64,000 nt of DNA from Chrysomallon squamiferum (GCA_012295275.1 CM022677.1:21576001-21640000); one strand, 5' to 3'; shown: positions 19,813 to 39,624, counted from the stretch's first letter. Translations and numbers: made by a program. The notes: a model not told the origin generated them from the letters alone.

Positions 19813-21354
19813 GTTGTTGTTTTTTTTGTTATATTTTTATTATTGTTGTTGTTGTTGTTATTGTTATTGTTATTATTCAGGACCACTCTATTTATGTCTC
19901 TCTGTGTTTCTGATATCAATTTGCCCAGCCGTGCATCCTTTCATATCTGCATAAGTTAAAGAGAGAGATGTATTACGAAAGACGTTTCTAAAGAAAGTAC
20001 ATAAATATAAACTGACTGAAGAGACACATACTGACTGTAAGTTTCAAAGTGATATCCGAATGAAATAACAGCCCTTAACCAAAATAAGATTACTAAATAT
20101 TACTAAATGAAAAGAAAGGAATTAAATATCTCTAAACTTTGAGGAGGTGATTTCAGACAATCCGGGCAGTAGCAAGCCCCACATCATTTTACTTCGTTTC
20201 ATTTCATTATTTGTTTCATTATTTATGTATTAATGTATTTGTTTATTCAAAAAATATCATTGCATATTTTAAATATCGATACATTATTTATGTATTAATG
20301 TATTTGTTTATTCAAAAAATATTATTGCAAGTTTTAAATATCGATACATTTTGTCTGGTTTTTGCCTAGTTATTTTCTTAAATGTTTTACTGTTGAGATT
20401 AGAGGCTGACAATAATCACAGCTTTTTTTTATCTTCGATTCACCTTAAATTAAATTAAATGTACATCAAAATTTGCACTTAAGAAAAAAACATTATGATT
20501 ACCGTGACTCGAGAAATCAGGCTGCTAGTAATCATGAAAAAAAGAAAAAGAAATAAATATTTTGGGCGTAATGTTTCTAAAGGGAGAATTTACTTCTCAC
20601 TATTTTCCTGGCATAGCGTGATCTCTCTTTCTGTGTATGCAGCGGATTTCATTAAAACACGTCTGTTAGTTTCTCTTCACAATGTTCAAAACGTTGCTGC
20701 CTTTTTAAAAGTCGCTCTGCCGTTTAGACGAACTGAATACGACAATGCATAAAGTGCGCCACATAGAGAGACAGAGAAATATAAATATATAAATAGGCAG
20801 ACAAGTATAACTATACACACAGCTCACTGACCGAGAGACAAGCAGATGGACATATAGACAGATATTAGCAGACGATCAGACGGCTAAACAGATATATTGA
20901 TAGACTAGAAGAAAGATATACTGCTATTTGTGGAAAAGTGGAAAATGTAGAAATGAAAAGAGTAAGGTCATCATCAGAATCATTCTAATAATTATTATCA
21001 TCGTGAAGATTATTGCTGATATCATCATCATCATTATTATTTTTTCTCTGTACGCAGTTGTGCATTTCATCCTCATAATCATCGCCATTATAAGTTTTGT
21101 ATATTTCTATCTTGGTACTTTTTTTATAGTTGTAAATGAATGAGTAAAATATACCATAACAGAACAAGACTGTATAAACTACATTAAACTGTCAGCGCAC
21201 AGCTACCAAAATAATATATCATTATGAGAAATTAATGCATACAGCGAACTATGAGTCGAAGAAACAGTCAGAACATTCGCTAAACCAGTCGAGAGTTTGT
21301 CTCTGTGTCTGTTAACGTTTTAACGTTTAGAAATTACTGCAAAATCAGGAAGAA

Positions 21355-21490
21355 ATGAAGATTATCTACTTTCTCATTTTTCTTCTTTTTTGTGTCTTCA
21401 ACGATGCATGTGAGTATGTTATAGCTTTTAAAACCCAGGTCTGGTATTTCTTTGTATGTTTCTCTGGCTGGCTGATTTGCTGTCTTGATA

Positions 21491-21524
<34 letters not shown>

Positions 21525-21575
21525 TACACATATATAGATAGATGTATAGATGTATCGATATAGATATAGATGTAG

Positions 21576-21614
<39 letters not shown>

Positions 21615-22456
21615 CACTTATCGATGACATGAATATATACAACATATCTGCAGTTTCCTTGTGTTCATCTCTTTGTCTGGGTTTCATTTGTATCTGTCTT
21701 CCTAACTTTTGTCAACATTTATATATATATATATGTAATTTTTGTCCCTCTGATAAGATGACAACTATAGTGTAGGGACACTTGTTATCGATTCCTTGGA
21801 TGTCCGTACAAGACAGGAAATAGTGTATTGTCTTTCCGTTAAAATTTAAAACCAACTAAATAATAATAATAAAATAATCCATCTGTGTTACTGCGTATCT
21901 GCATTTTTTGTAAACAAATAATATTTTGGCAATTTAGATGCACTAAAGTGTACGACGGATGGCTTCATTCATTTAGACAACAACTGTTACTGGATTTCCC
22001 GAGAAAACATTTCTGCTTCGTGGCTCGAAGCAATGGTAATATATATACTGACATATAATTTATGAGAGAATATAAGCTTTTAAAGATACTCACTTTCATA
22101 CCAGTTATTAAGCAAACGCGAATGCTGCTATACGAGATATTATAGACATATATATTGGTATATAAGTTACTAGACATACATTCTGACATACTCAAGCCAC
22201 TGAGGACATACATACTATTATACAAGTTACTAAAGCTATGTTACTATTATACGAGTTAGTAAACACATACTACTAATATACATGTTTGTAAAGATATAGC
22301 TGTATTATACAGTTTAATAAGAACATAGTACTGAAAACAGTGCCTAGGCAGAAGTGAATAAAGTCAAACTTTATTATTATTGGTGTTCTTGTTGTTGCTT
22401 TTTCTGTTGCATTCCTACTATTATTATTATTATTATTACCATTACTATTATTATTA

Positions 22457-22535
<79 letters not shown>

Positions 22536-24698
22536 TATTATTATCATCATTTAGGACTACTGCAAGGGAATGAATGCCTCTTTGGCGACTATTAGATCGG
22601 ATTCAGAAAATCGTGCAATCCTTACAGCAGTTAAAGGAAGACCCAAAGGTTTTTATGTTTATCTTCTTTTCTATTAACGATCATGCGAATAGCAAGGCTA
22701 TCAGTTATAATAATATATCTGTCTGTCTGTCTGTCTGTCTATTTCACTGTCTATCTATCTATCTATCGATCTACCTGTCTGTGTGTGCATATCTTTTTCC
22801 ACGCATTTGTCTCTCTGTGTGCTTCGGATATCCATCCATCCTTCCATAAGTGTATATTCAGGGGCAGTGGGGGTTTCCGAAACAGTTTGTGGGGAATTTA
22901 TAATTTGAAACTGAGTGTTCTTGTTTTCTGTTTTTTCTTTCATTTTTTCAAATACTTGGTAAAATTGCAGATTGTAACCTAAATAAATTTGAATGTCTTA
23001 CAAATTTAAGAAAAACGACTCTTTTGACTGTTCCTTTCAATCCCCGGCATTTTGTTGGTTAATCAGAGACGCAGTTTTCAGAAAATGGCGGATGTTTCGA
23101 AAATGTTTTCATAAACTTTTGACGATACATGTTAATGGTGACACGTTGAGATTGAATACAAAATCTGTTATTACGTGTTTTTGAACTGAAAACGTAATTC
23201 TACTTTCCTGATATTAATATTGTATCTTAAAACTGAATCATTCTACGCGTTAGTTAAAAGAATTACGTTTACAAGATCGTTATTATGTAAAATACGTCAA
23301 CTGGAATCTCTGACGTCAGAACTGTTTCGTCTGCAAACGCTGTGACCGATTTATTTTAGTTTATTTATTTTATTTTATTTTATTTGTTTACTGATTTTTT
23401 TTTCTTAAATTTATTTACTGATACTTTTGTTTGTTTATCTTGCGTGTTATTGACTATCATTGCGCTGTATTAGCTGGCCGAAGTTTTCGAAACGCCTAAA
23501 GGACAAACTTTCGTGACGTAGTTCGCACCATGTCGAGTATTTTCTTACTAGCTTTGTTTTCATCTCACTTTAATTTTCAAGATAAAACCTGCGAAAGAAA
23601 GATGCCTAAAAAAAAAAAATAGGCGATCTATGTCGAAGATGAAGTTTTCTTGAACCCTTGACACTACTTTTAGTTAAGGCTGGTCAAGTTTCGTGTCACT
23701 TGCTTTGGCAGAAGATGCCTTCTTGACGGAGTATTATCGTGGATGAAAAAATGTATTAAGGCATGTTTGCATTTAAAATATATAAATCTATTTCTTGGTT
23801 AAAAGAAATATGTTTACAAGATCATTTTCACGTAAATATATGTCATAATGAATCTCTGACGTCAGAACTGTTTCCTCTCAAAATGCTGTGACCGATTTCT
23901 TTGTTTGTCTTGCGTGTTACTGACCATCTTTGAGCTATATTAGCTGGCCGAAGTTTCCGAAACGCACAGTGGGAACACATTCGTGACGTAGTTCGCACTA
24001 TTCAGTGGAAAAGAAACTTTTAATTTCCTCTAATCCTGTGTCACTTCGTATCTTCCTCGCCGCTTGCGCTGAGGCTTTCAAGGAAAGCTACTCCGTTAAG
24101 ACAATATTTGTAACACGAACAAATTCGAGGGAACGACCCATCTGTCCTTCTTTCGTTCACGCCGATTTCATAAGGAAACGAAACTCTCATTTTTCCCAGT
24201 AACATTGGGGTAGTAGGCACAAGTGGACATCAATTTAATTAATATATTTATTTACATATTTATTGTTTATTTACTTACTTTTCATTTTATTTATTTTTCT
24301 ACCTATTTATTTATTTATTTTACCTCGCAATTGTTTCTGTGTATGAGTGTATAAGTGTAAATGTGTGTATACTATTACTACTTCTACTTTTTCAGGAAAA
24401 GTAACTATTCTAACTAGATAACCAGTCATACTAGTACTATTGCCATTTCTACAGTCAGAACTATTACTAAAGCTTTTACGATTTCTATCGCTCTCATTAC
24501 TACTGCTACTACTACTATTCTCAGTATTACTGAAGCAATCAGAAGGAGATCTACAACTACTACTTCAACAGCTACTACTGCGGTTACTGTTACTGCTGCA
24601 GTAGTTCCACTTGTACTTTACTCCTACTGCTACCTCCCATACTACTTTTATCCTTATTATTATTATCATTATTATTATTATTATTATCATCATCATCA

Positions 24699-24747
<49 letters not shown>

Positions 24748-24767
24748 CGTTATTATTATTATCATCA

Positions 24768-24798
<31 letters not shown>

Positions 24799-24803
24799 CA
24801 TCA

Positions 24804-24837
<34 letters not shown>

Positions 24838-25122
24838 TCCTACTGCTACAACTATTTCAACTACTATACTGGTGTTCTCCTGCTTCTACTTTCAGATCAG
24901 GGATACTGGATCGCCGCCAGCGATATGCAGATAGAAGGAAAATTCGTCTGGTTGTCAAGAGGACGATCCGAACCAATTAAGAAAACATATTTTTACAAAC
25001 GACAACCCGACAACGCACAGGGAATCGAGAACTGTGTGGAATTACGTGGACAATATCATTTTTTCTGGAACGATGGTGACTGCAGTCACAGAACGGGATT
25101 TATCTGCAAATATTCTCCGTGA
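21355..25122 (+). CDS. Secreted C-type lectin gene D (QPD/WND), 157 aa; exons 21355-21409, 21938-22035, 22555-22648, 24896-25122
   Basis: MKIIYFLIFLLFCVFNDAYALKCTTDGFIHLDNNCYWISRENISASWLEAM-DYCKGMNASLATIRSDSENRAILTAVKGRPK-DQGYWIAASDMQIEGKFVWLSRGRSEPIKKTYFYKRQPDNAQGIENCVELRGQYHFFWNDGDCSHRTGFICKYSP*; open frame, GT-AG introns. Confidence 0.9.
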
Positions 25123-25183
25123 AGAAATTTGTCTTTCATTTAAGTTTAATGAAAAGAAATAAATTATAATTAAATTTAATGAT

Positions 25184-25244
<61 letters not shown>

Positions 25245-25529
25245 TAATAACGATCGGCTGAGAAAATAATTCTGAATTAAAAATATTATTGGTAGAAAAA
25301 CTTTCGGTAGACTTGGATTTTAGGACATCGAACCGTGTCAAAGCGGTTACAAAGAAATGCTTGGTCACCTGTCAGATATTTGCTTATATCTATCTACGTG
25401 GGGAAACGCAGTCTGGTAGACAATAGCACACAAAGATAATTATATATGTGGAAATGTTGCAGATAAACCGCTGAGCACAAATAAAAGGGTGTTTCAGTAA
25501 AGTAAACGAATAAATTATGTACGTCTTAT

Positions 25530-25640
25530 GTACGTGAGATTACAATCTGCGCTGTGATTAACCAAATAAGTTAGATTGGCGTGGTTGAGGTAATGGACAC
25601 CGCCGACATGTGGACACCGTTGACGCGGATGTCGCCAACG
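25530..25640 (+). repeat. Short dispersed repeat, copy 2
   Basis: Similar to 6085-6192. Confidence 0.6.
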
Positions 25641-25893
25641 GCGCCGTCACCACCGACTTCTTAGACCACAGCAAACTCAAACTGAAGCCACTGTTAGACT
25701 CTTTTGTCAGACATTTTTTAGAACACACTGATAAACATACAAACATACTTTTTATTATCTAGGAGAAGAAAATAATATTCAGGGGCATGTTAAGGGATCT
25801 AGACATGGGAACTAGACCTGGGAACTGGACCATCACAATTAGAGACTAAAAAATGTATGCAGATATACACATAACTAAAACAATGTACATATC

Positions 25894-25950
<57 letters not shown>

Positions 25951-26438
25951 TTTTTTATTATTATTATTACTATTATTATTATTATTAGCAGTAGTAGTAG
26001 TAGTAATAGTATTGTTATTATTATCATAATTATCATTATTTTTGTTATCAAACAGTGAAAAAAGGGACGCTTATTACATCCTTTGAAGAAACTGTAGCAA
26101 CATAGCCCTTGCAACTTTAAATTATCGACACATTTTGCTTGCATTTTGTTCATCGGTTTCGTGCACTGATTTACTGTTGTGATTAGAATTTGAAAATAAA
26201 CACAGTTGTTTTAGTACTGGATAGAGAATAAATGACTTAAATGGCGGTACAGAACTGCATGTGCATTAAAGAGTGAAACTCACAAAAGGACATTTAAACA
26301 GAGGTTGAAGATTCGAGAGAGCAGACTGCTAATAATCATGAAGAAATGAACAAACATACGAATAAAACTTTTATTAAATAATTTGATCACTTACTGCATG
26401 ACTCTGAAGACAGTATCTTGTTAAAGGCTCCATTTTGA

Positions 26439-26482
<44 letters not shown>

Positions 26483-27167
26483 CAACAACAATAATAATAA
26501 TAATAATAATAAAATAATAATAATAATAATCTAACTGAAGTTAATCATAAGTATGCTTTGAAATGTGCAGGGTGTCAAAGACTGGTTAATTTGTAGCAAC
26601 TATTTGAAATAGCACTCTCTATATTGAGTTAGACCTTTCAACCTCTTAAGCAGTTCTAATACATAGTGTTATGATATGTTCTTTAAAAATGTACCAAGAC
26701 ATATTTATCGTATTGTTTGAGAAGTTGAGAATACTTAACCCAATCTTAAGCTTGACAGGTTAACTAGTTCATCCTGATCATCATTAGCGATAGCCAATAT
26801 CAAAATCAAGGGTCACTAACATGATATAAAAGTGCCAATCAAACATTTTTGAATGCGGCTTCATTATTTTCTTCTAAAAAGGTAAAATGGTTATACTAGT
26901 AAATATTTAGAAATTATAAAGAGTGTTTTTATATCTATCGTCTTAAAATGTAAGACAGTATACAAGTAAATTTCAGATATATTAATGCAAGACGGTTATA
27001 CAAATGCATTTTCGTTAAAACTGATGTTTCCTATCTTGCAAAATGTGACATGGTAGTCAGCTACATTTCGAATGTACATTTTGGATATTTTCAGATGTGG
27101 ATTCTGTAGCATCGTCTTAAAGTGTATGATGGTGCAACAAACGTATATTTTGCATATTTCAAGAGTG

Positions 27168-27229
<62 letters not shown>

Positions 27230-28455
27230 ATAATAACAATAATTATAATAATAAAATTAATGAAACGTCGTGAAAACAAAAATGCGTTTTGACCATTTCC
27301 AGATAATTCTTTTTTGTATTAGTAAAATAAATGTGTTTGTATTTTATGACCAACGTAAGTTTTATTCATGTACATCGAAACGACCACTTTTATGTCTCAT
27401 TTTATAACCGCTCCAGTGTGTTCATTACAAATGAACTTAGTTTTACTATCCTCTTTCCATACAATAGTGATATATTATAATATTCACCATTATGAGGTAT
27501 TTAAAAAAACACACTGTATAGAAATTGCTGAGCCTTTTATTGCGTGTGTGCGCGTGTGTGTTTGTGTGTGTATGTGTGTCTGTGTATGTGGGTGTGTATG
27601 TGCAATTGTGTGTGAGTTACTGTCCGTGTGTGTGTGTGTATGTGTGTGTGTATGTGTGTGTTGATGTGTGTTAATGTGAGTGTGTATGTGTGTATGTGTG
27701 CGTGTGTTTGTGTTTGATAGAGAGAAAGATAGAGAAGGGGAGGAGGCAGGGACGCAGGGGGAGGGAGGCTTCCTACAGATTTTACTTCATTCATTTTATT
27801 TTTATTATTATTGTTATTTTTTAGATAATTTTCAAAGTTACATCCGAAAAAAAACAGCCGTCCTTAACCGAAACAAGAATACTAAATATTAGTAAATCAA
27901 AAGAAAAAAAAAATTAAAAGTCTCTAAAATAATTTTTGAGGAGGTGATTTCACATGAACGTTTTACTTCATTTGAATTCATTTCATTATTTATCTATTCA
28001 TTTATTTATTTATTTAATTATTTATTTATTTATTTATTTATTTATATCAAGTTTAAAATATCAAATGTATATAGCGATTTTCTGCACTGTTCTACTCTTG
28101 TGCAATAACACACACACGCACACCCACACAAAAAGTCACACACACACGCACACACTCAAAAAGGCACACGCACACAAACACACACAAAAAAAACAAAAAG
28201 GTGCACACGCGCACACACACAAAAAGGCACACACACACACACACACACGGGGTCACACACAAAGAAACATATATACACACACATTATATATACAGAATAT
28301 TTCTTTCCCTGTCCATGTATATCTCTTTGTAACTGGGAATCTACTATTGTTTCAAAAAAGTAATATTTAGGCAATGTATATACAAAATATTTGTTTCTCT
28401 ATCCATCTGTCGGTCTTTGTAACTGCGTATCTATGTTTGTCTAAAGAAGTAATAC

Positions 28456-28548
28456 GTACACCACTGTAGGGATGTCTTCTTTCCTTTATACAACAACTGT
28501 TACTGGATTTCTCCAAATAACGTTTCCGCTGGATCGATCGAAGCAGTA
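28456..28548 (+). pseudogene. Orphan lectin exon-2 pseudo-exon, copy 2
   Basis: VHHCRDVFFPLYNNCYWISPNNVSAGSIEAV, no acceptor. Confidence 0.8.
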
Positions 28549-28762
28549 GTAATATATACCGACATATAATTTATGAGAGAATTTCTGCTTTTAAAGATAC
28601 TCACTTACCAGTTATTAAATAGACACGAATACTGACATACGAGTTATTAGAGACATACATATTAATCTATAAGTTACTAGATATACATTCTGATATATAC
28701 ATGTCTCTGAAGAGATACATAATATTATAGAAGTTACTAAAGATATACTACAATGTAGATAC

Positions 28763-28999
28763 AAGTTAGTAAACATATTGTTGTAACATACAGTTGATTA
28801 AAGACATAGTATACTTCTAATGTAAAAGTTAGTAAACATATTGTTGTAATATACAGTTGATTAAAGACATAGTATACTTCTAATGTAAAAGTTAGTAAAC
28901 ATATTGTTGTAACATACAGTTGATTAAAGACATAGTATACTTCTAATGTAAAAGTTAGTAAACATATTGTTGTAACATACAGTTGTTTAAAGACATAGT
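28763..28999 (+). repeat. 63-bp minisatellite (about 3.7 copies)
   Basis: Unit aagttagtaaacatattgttgtaacatacagttgattaaagacatagtatacttctaatgtaa; produces the 21-aa repeat in ORF 28737-29009. Only about 2 units at the paralogous sites near 38275 and 48368. Confidence 0.9.
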
Positions 29000-29766
29000 T
29001 GTTGCTCATTTTGTTTCGTTGCTATTACTAGTATTGCTGTAGTTATTATTATTGTTATTTGTTGCTTATTATTGTTATTGTTGTTGTTTGTGCTGTTATT
29101 GTTATATTTGGTATTATTATTACTACTCTTCATGTAGTTGTTATTATTCGTAGATGCAGTAGTAGAACTGGTCTTGTTGTTTTGCTACTACTTGTATTAT
29201 TGTAATTTTTAATTATTCTTTTTGCAGCTATTTCATCTTTATCAATATTACAATTAATTTTATAATAATAATAATTATTATTATTATTATTGTTACTCCT
29301 CTCCTTTCTTGGTCTTTCGTTTTTTTTAAGTCCGTTTTGTTTTCGTGGAAAATCTGGTTCTGAGGGGTTTCACTGTGTTAATTAATTCACTTACTTTATT
29401 GAAACTTTCTTTTAATTGTGCTCAACAGCTCCTCTGCAGTGTTTCCTACAGTTTAATTATCGTTGCGAAAATATTATATACCAGACTGCATTTAGCCTCA
29501 GAGATGTAAGAAAACATCTGGCAGTTAACCAACCAATTCTTTGTCACACATTTCACGTGGCTAGATGGCCTAAATTTCAACTCTATTAAAAATGTTTTGC
29601 TACCAATAACTTTTTTTTAAATCAGAATTATTTTTCCTCCGCTTTCCACGTGATTCAGGTTTGACAAACACCACTGTAAGTTTTTTTTTTTTCAAAAGAC
29701 TACTATAACATTAAAAATTCAATTACAACTTATTTTTATTTATTTTTTGTCATTGAACAAATTTCA

Positions 29767-34302
<4,536 letters not shown>

Positions 34303-36321
34303 TTCTTCCTACTTTTCCAAAACTTTAACAGATACAGAGACAAACAGTCAGTCGACTGGTTTAGGAAATGTTCTGACAATTTCTTGCAATCCCACACAGA
34401 TGGATTTACCTCGAATGAATAAATCTTTTTCTCCGTTTTAAAATAGTCGGCTCGGTGTGGTAATTTATCATAATGATCTACACTGTTCCTGCACTCGCCC
34501 ACTCAGAGTTTTATGTAATTTGTACAGCCTTGTTTTGTTTTTGTTTTTTTGTGATATGTGTTTTTCAGACATCTTGCATTTCAATTACAAAGAAAAAATA
34601 AAAAGATTCATCATACGAAAGTTGCAATGGTAATGATTATGATGATGATTCGATGCACAACTGCACAGAGAGGTAAATGATTATGATGATGATGATGATA
34701 AAAGTAACAATGGGGATGATAATCATTATTATAATAATTATTATGATGACTTTATTCTTTTCTGTTGTACATTTTCGACAAATAGCAGTATATCCTGTCT
34801 GTGTGTATGTCTGTCTATATATCTGTTTAGCTGATATATATATATATATATCCTAATATCAATATCTATGTTCATCTGCTTGTCTCTGAATCAAACATTA
34901 TATTATTTGTTCTATTTTTATACTGAAGTGATAGTAGTAGCAGTAGCAGTAGTAGTAGTAGTAGCAGTAGTAGTAGCAGTAGTAGTAGTAACTACAGCTG
35001 ACACACCATGCACTATATGTTTGTTTTAATTATTATTATGCTTGTATTACATTATAGGCTGAACTTGACATGAATTCCTGCTGAGTTTAACATAGATATA
35101 CTGTGTAGTATTACAAATATACTGCACGATTCATTATGTTTGTTGTTGTTGTTATTATCTTTCTTGTTATTATTAGTAGTAATTTATTGTTATCATTTTT
35201 ATTATTATTATTATTATCATCATCATTATCATCATCATCATCATCATCATTATTATTATTATTATTATTATTATAACTATTAATTTATTATTACTATTAT
35301 TATTATTATAATTATTAGTATTAATGACAGCAGAGCAATTTTATGTTTAATAACTATTAGGACCTATAGTTAGTAGGTCTAAAAACTATAATCTCTCTGT
35401 CAGCACGTGTATGTTAGTCTGTACGTGTTTGTGTGTGTCGACACATAACATAGAACGACAGACAATCAGCTTCATATATAGATAGACTGGTAGAAAGAGA
35501 CCAATGACAAAAACACTCACACACACACACAGACACACAGACACACACGTAGAAATAGAGAGAGGCATGCCATATAGTGATAGAGATAGACGTACAGGTA
35601 GAAAAGTATGATTAAATACAGAGCTGTATAAAATGATAAATAATTATGATGATGATGAAGATGATGATAATGATTTTTTCTGTTCTACATTTTCAACAAA
35701 ATGCTACGTGTACAATACTTACAGATTCGCCTGTACTTCATTCCATATAATAATAAAAAGAACATTATCAATGAAAAATGGATAAAAAATGCCACCATTA
35801 AATATGTTTTGAATTTAATATATATATGTTTTAAATTTTTTAAATATCTCGTTATGTATATTATGTATATGTGTGTTCATATTTTTCTGTGCGCGTGTGC
35901 GCGCGCATTTGTGTTTCAGTTCGTGTGTTTGTGTGCGTGTGTGTGTGTGTCTGGATAGATAAAGATAAATATAGATATTGTGGACGCTTATTACATCCTT
36001 TGAAGAAACAATAGCTATATAATAATAATAATAATAATAATAGCTTATGTGATAAGGTAATTCTGTTAACTGACTGAGTATTGTTTTGTCAACAATGTTC
36101 TGCTGTTGACATTCTTCGAAATGTGCTCAGTTGTCCTTACAATCAACACTGACGACCTTCCAGAGAAAAAACTGCTGTTTGACTTCTCCAACACTTTCTC
36201 CCAGACAAAACGTTCTCCAGATAACTTGTCATCGTGGAGAAACTAAAGGAGTTTGGCTTCCTGTGACACCTTGACCTTCTGCACTCTGATAGGATCAACA
36301 GAGTAACTCGAATGTAGCAGT

Positions 36322-36447
36322 CTACCTTTTTACTAAATAGCACTGGGCTGCCTTGCGAAGTGTTCTTTTCTGCTGTTTGGAGAAATCCTCAGGGTATTTA
36401 CCTTCAGTTACATAGACCGAGACCCTGTTGAACTCTGTGTCTTCCAT
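36322..36447 (-). mobile_element. Probable GIN1/Ginger (gypsy-integrase-like) N-terminal fragment, copy 1
   Basis: MEDTEFNRVSVYVTEGKYPEDFSKQQKRTLRKAAQCYLVKR* resembles the YP...KR.LR..A..Y/F.V motif found before gypsy-type integrase zinc fingers; recognised from memory only. Confidence 0.45.
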
Positions 36448-37581
36448 TTGCAAAGGACAGGTAACTGGGAGTCCAATTTATAGCAAAATCTAACTGAAGT
36501 TAATCATAAGTATGCTTTGAAATGTGCAGGGTGTCAAAGACTGGACAATTTGTAGAAACTATTTGAAATAGCACTCTATATATTGAGTTACTCCAGTACA
36601 TTTCAAATGCATACTTTGGATATTTTCGAATGTGTGTGTCAGTGTGTTTGTGTGCCTTTGTGTGTATGTGTCTGAGTTATTGTCAAAGTGTAACCACAAC
36701 AGGAAAATAGTGCAGAAAATCGCTGAAGAAATACAACTTAGTTCACTCAAATTAATTAGAATATTATAAACTGATGATTTTAAAACCTAATCAAATGAGG
36801 AAAAAATACATGTTCACCATTTCCAGATAATTCTTTTTATCTATTAGTAAAATAAATGTACTTGTATTTTATGACCAACGTAAGTTTTATTCATGTACAT
36901 CGAAACGACCACTTTTATGTCTGATTTTATAACCGCTCCAGTGTGTTCATTACAAACGAACTTAGTTTTATTATCCTCTTTCCATACAATAGTTATATAT
37001 TATAATATTCACGATGATGAGGTATTTGAAAAACACACTGTATAGAACTTGCTGAGCCTTTTATTGTGTGGCTGCGTGTGTGTGTGTGTTGTGTGTGTAT
37101 GTATGTCTGTGTATGTGGGTGTGTATGTGTAATTGTGTGTGATTTAATGTTCGTCTGTGTCTTAGTGTGTATGTGTGTTTGTGTGTACATGTGTGTATGT
37201 GTGTGTATGTGTGTGTGTATGTGTGTGCGTGTATGTGTGTTTATGTGTGCGTGTGGATATGTGTGTATGTGTGTGTATGTGAGCGTGTGTTTGTGTTTGA
37301 TAGAGAGAAAGATAGAGAAGGGGAGGAAGCAGGCACGCAGGGGGAGGGAGGCTTCCTACAGATTTTACTTCATTTATTTTATTTTTATTATTATTGTTAT
37401 TTTTTAAATAAGTTTCAAAGTTACATCCGAAAGAAACAGCCGTCCTTAGCCGAAACAAGAATACTAAATATTAGTAAATCAAAAGAAAAAAAATTATATG
37501 TCTCTAAAATAATTTTTGAGGAGGTGATTTCACATGAACGTTTTACTTCATTTGAATTCATTTCATTATTTATCTATCTAT

Positions 37582-37632
<51 letters not shown>

Positions 37633-37968
37633 TATCAAGTTTAAAATATCAAATGTATATAGCGATTTTCTGCACTGTTTTACTCTTGTGCAATAACACA
37701 CACACGCACACCCACACAAAAAGTCACACACACACGGACACACACACACACACACACGGGGTCACACACAAAGACACATATATATATACACACGCATTAT
37801 ATATACAGAATATTTCTTTCCCTGTCCATGTATATCTCTTTGTAACTGGGTATCTACTATTGTTTCAAAAAAGTAATATTTAGGCAATGTATATACAAAA
37901 TATTTGTTTCTCTATCCATCTGTCGGTCTTTGTAACTGCGTATCTATGTTTGTCTAAAGAAGTAATAT

Positions 37969-38061
37969 GTACACCACTGTAGGGATGTCCTCTTTCCTTT
38001 ATACAAGAACTGTTACTGGATTTCTCCAAATAACGTTTCCGCTGGATCGATCGAAGCAGTA
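37969..38061 (+). pseudogene. Orphan lectin exon-2 pseudo-exon, copy 3
   Basis: VHHCRDVLFPLYKNCYWISPNNVSAGSIEAV, no acceptor. Confidence 0.8.
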
Positions 38062-39242
38062 GTAATATATACCGACATATAATTTATGAGAGAATTTCAG
38101 CTTTTAAAGATACTCACTTACCAGTTATTAAATAGACACGAATACTGACATACGAGTTATTAGAGACATACATATTAATCTATAAGTTACTAGATATACA
38201 TTCTGATATATACATGTCTCTGAAGAGATACATAATAATATAGAAGTTACTAAAGATATACTACTTAGATACAAGTTAGTAAACATATTGATGTAATATA
38301 CAGTTGATTAAAGACATAGTATACTACTAATGTAAAAGTTACTAAACATCTTGTTGTAACATACAGTTGATTAAAGACATAGTTGTTGCTCATTGTGTTT
38401 CGTTGCTATTACTAGTATTGTTGTAATTATTATTATTGTTATTTGTCGCTTATTATTGTTATTGTTGTTGTTCGTTCTGTTATTGTTATATTTGGTATTA
38501 TTATTACTACTCTTGATGTAGTTGTTATTATTCGTAGATGCAGTAGTAGTACTGGTGTTGTTGTTTGTGCTGTTATTGTTATATTTGGTATTATTATTAC
38601 TACTCTTCATGTAGTTGTTATTATTCGTAGATGCAGTAGTAGAAGTGGTCTTGTTGTTTTGCTACTACTTGTATTATTGTAATTTTTAATTATTCTTTTT
38701 GCAGCTATTTCATCTTTATCAATATTACAATTAATTTTATAATAATAATAATAATTATTATTATTATTGTTACTCCTCTCCTTTCTTGGTCTTTCGTTTT
38801 TTTTAAGTCCGTTTTGTTTTCGTGGAAAATCTGGTTCTGAGGGGTTTCACTGTGCTAATTAATTCACTTACTTTATTGAAACTTTCTTTTAGTTGTGTTC
38901 AACAGCTTCTCTGCAGTGTTTCCTACAATTTAATTATCGTTGCGAAAATATTATATACCAGACTGCATTTAGCCTCAGAGTTGTAAGAAAACATCTGGCA
39001 GTTAACCAACCAATTCTTTGTCACACATTTCACGTGGCTAGATGGCCTAAATTTCAACTCTATTAAAAATGTTTCGCTACCAATAACATTTTTTAAATCA
39101 GAATTATTTTTCATTCGCTTTCCGCGTGATTCAGGTTTGACAAACACCACTGTAAGTTTTTTTTTTTTCAAAAGACTACTATAACATTAAAAATTCAATT
39201 ACAATTTATTTTTATTTATTTTTTGTCATTAAACAAATTTCA

Positions 39243-39487
39243 TCACGGAGAATATTGACAGATGAAACCAATCTTCAGATCGCACGGAACATCAATCCAC
39301 TTGCCACCCTTCCACAATTGCAAACAATGCTCTCTTCCACCAGCATTGTTAGGTTCATGTTCAGCAAAATTAGAATATCTAACTGGTTCGGGTCGCTCTG
39401 TCGACATCCACATGAAGTTCCCTTCCACCTCGATATCAGTGGCGCCCATATAGTGGAACTTCGCTGAAAGTAGAAGCAAGACAAAAT

Positions 39488-39529
<42 letters not shown>

Positions 39530-39534
39530 CAGTC

Positions 39535-39581
<47 letters not shown>

Positions 39582-39582
39582 T

Positions 39583-39624
<42 letters not shown>

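Noticed and set aside
37167-37883. 238-aa ORF and its 247-aa copy at 47224-47967
   Set aside because: Built from (TG)n, (ATTT)n and (CA)n tracts; the frame is broken in paralogous blocks at 18.2, 27.5 and 56 kb.
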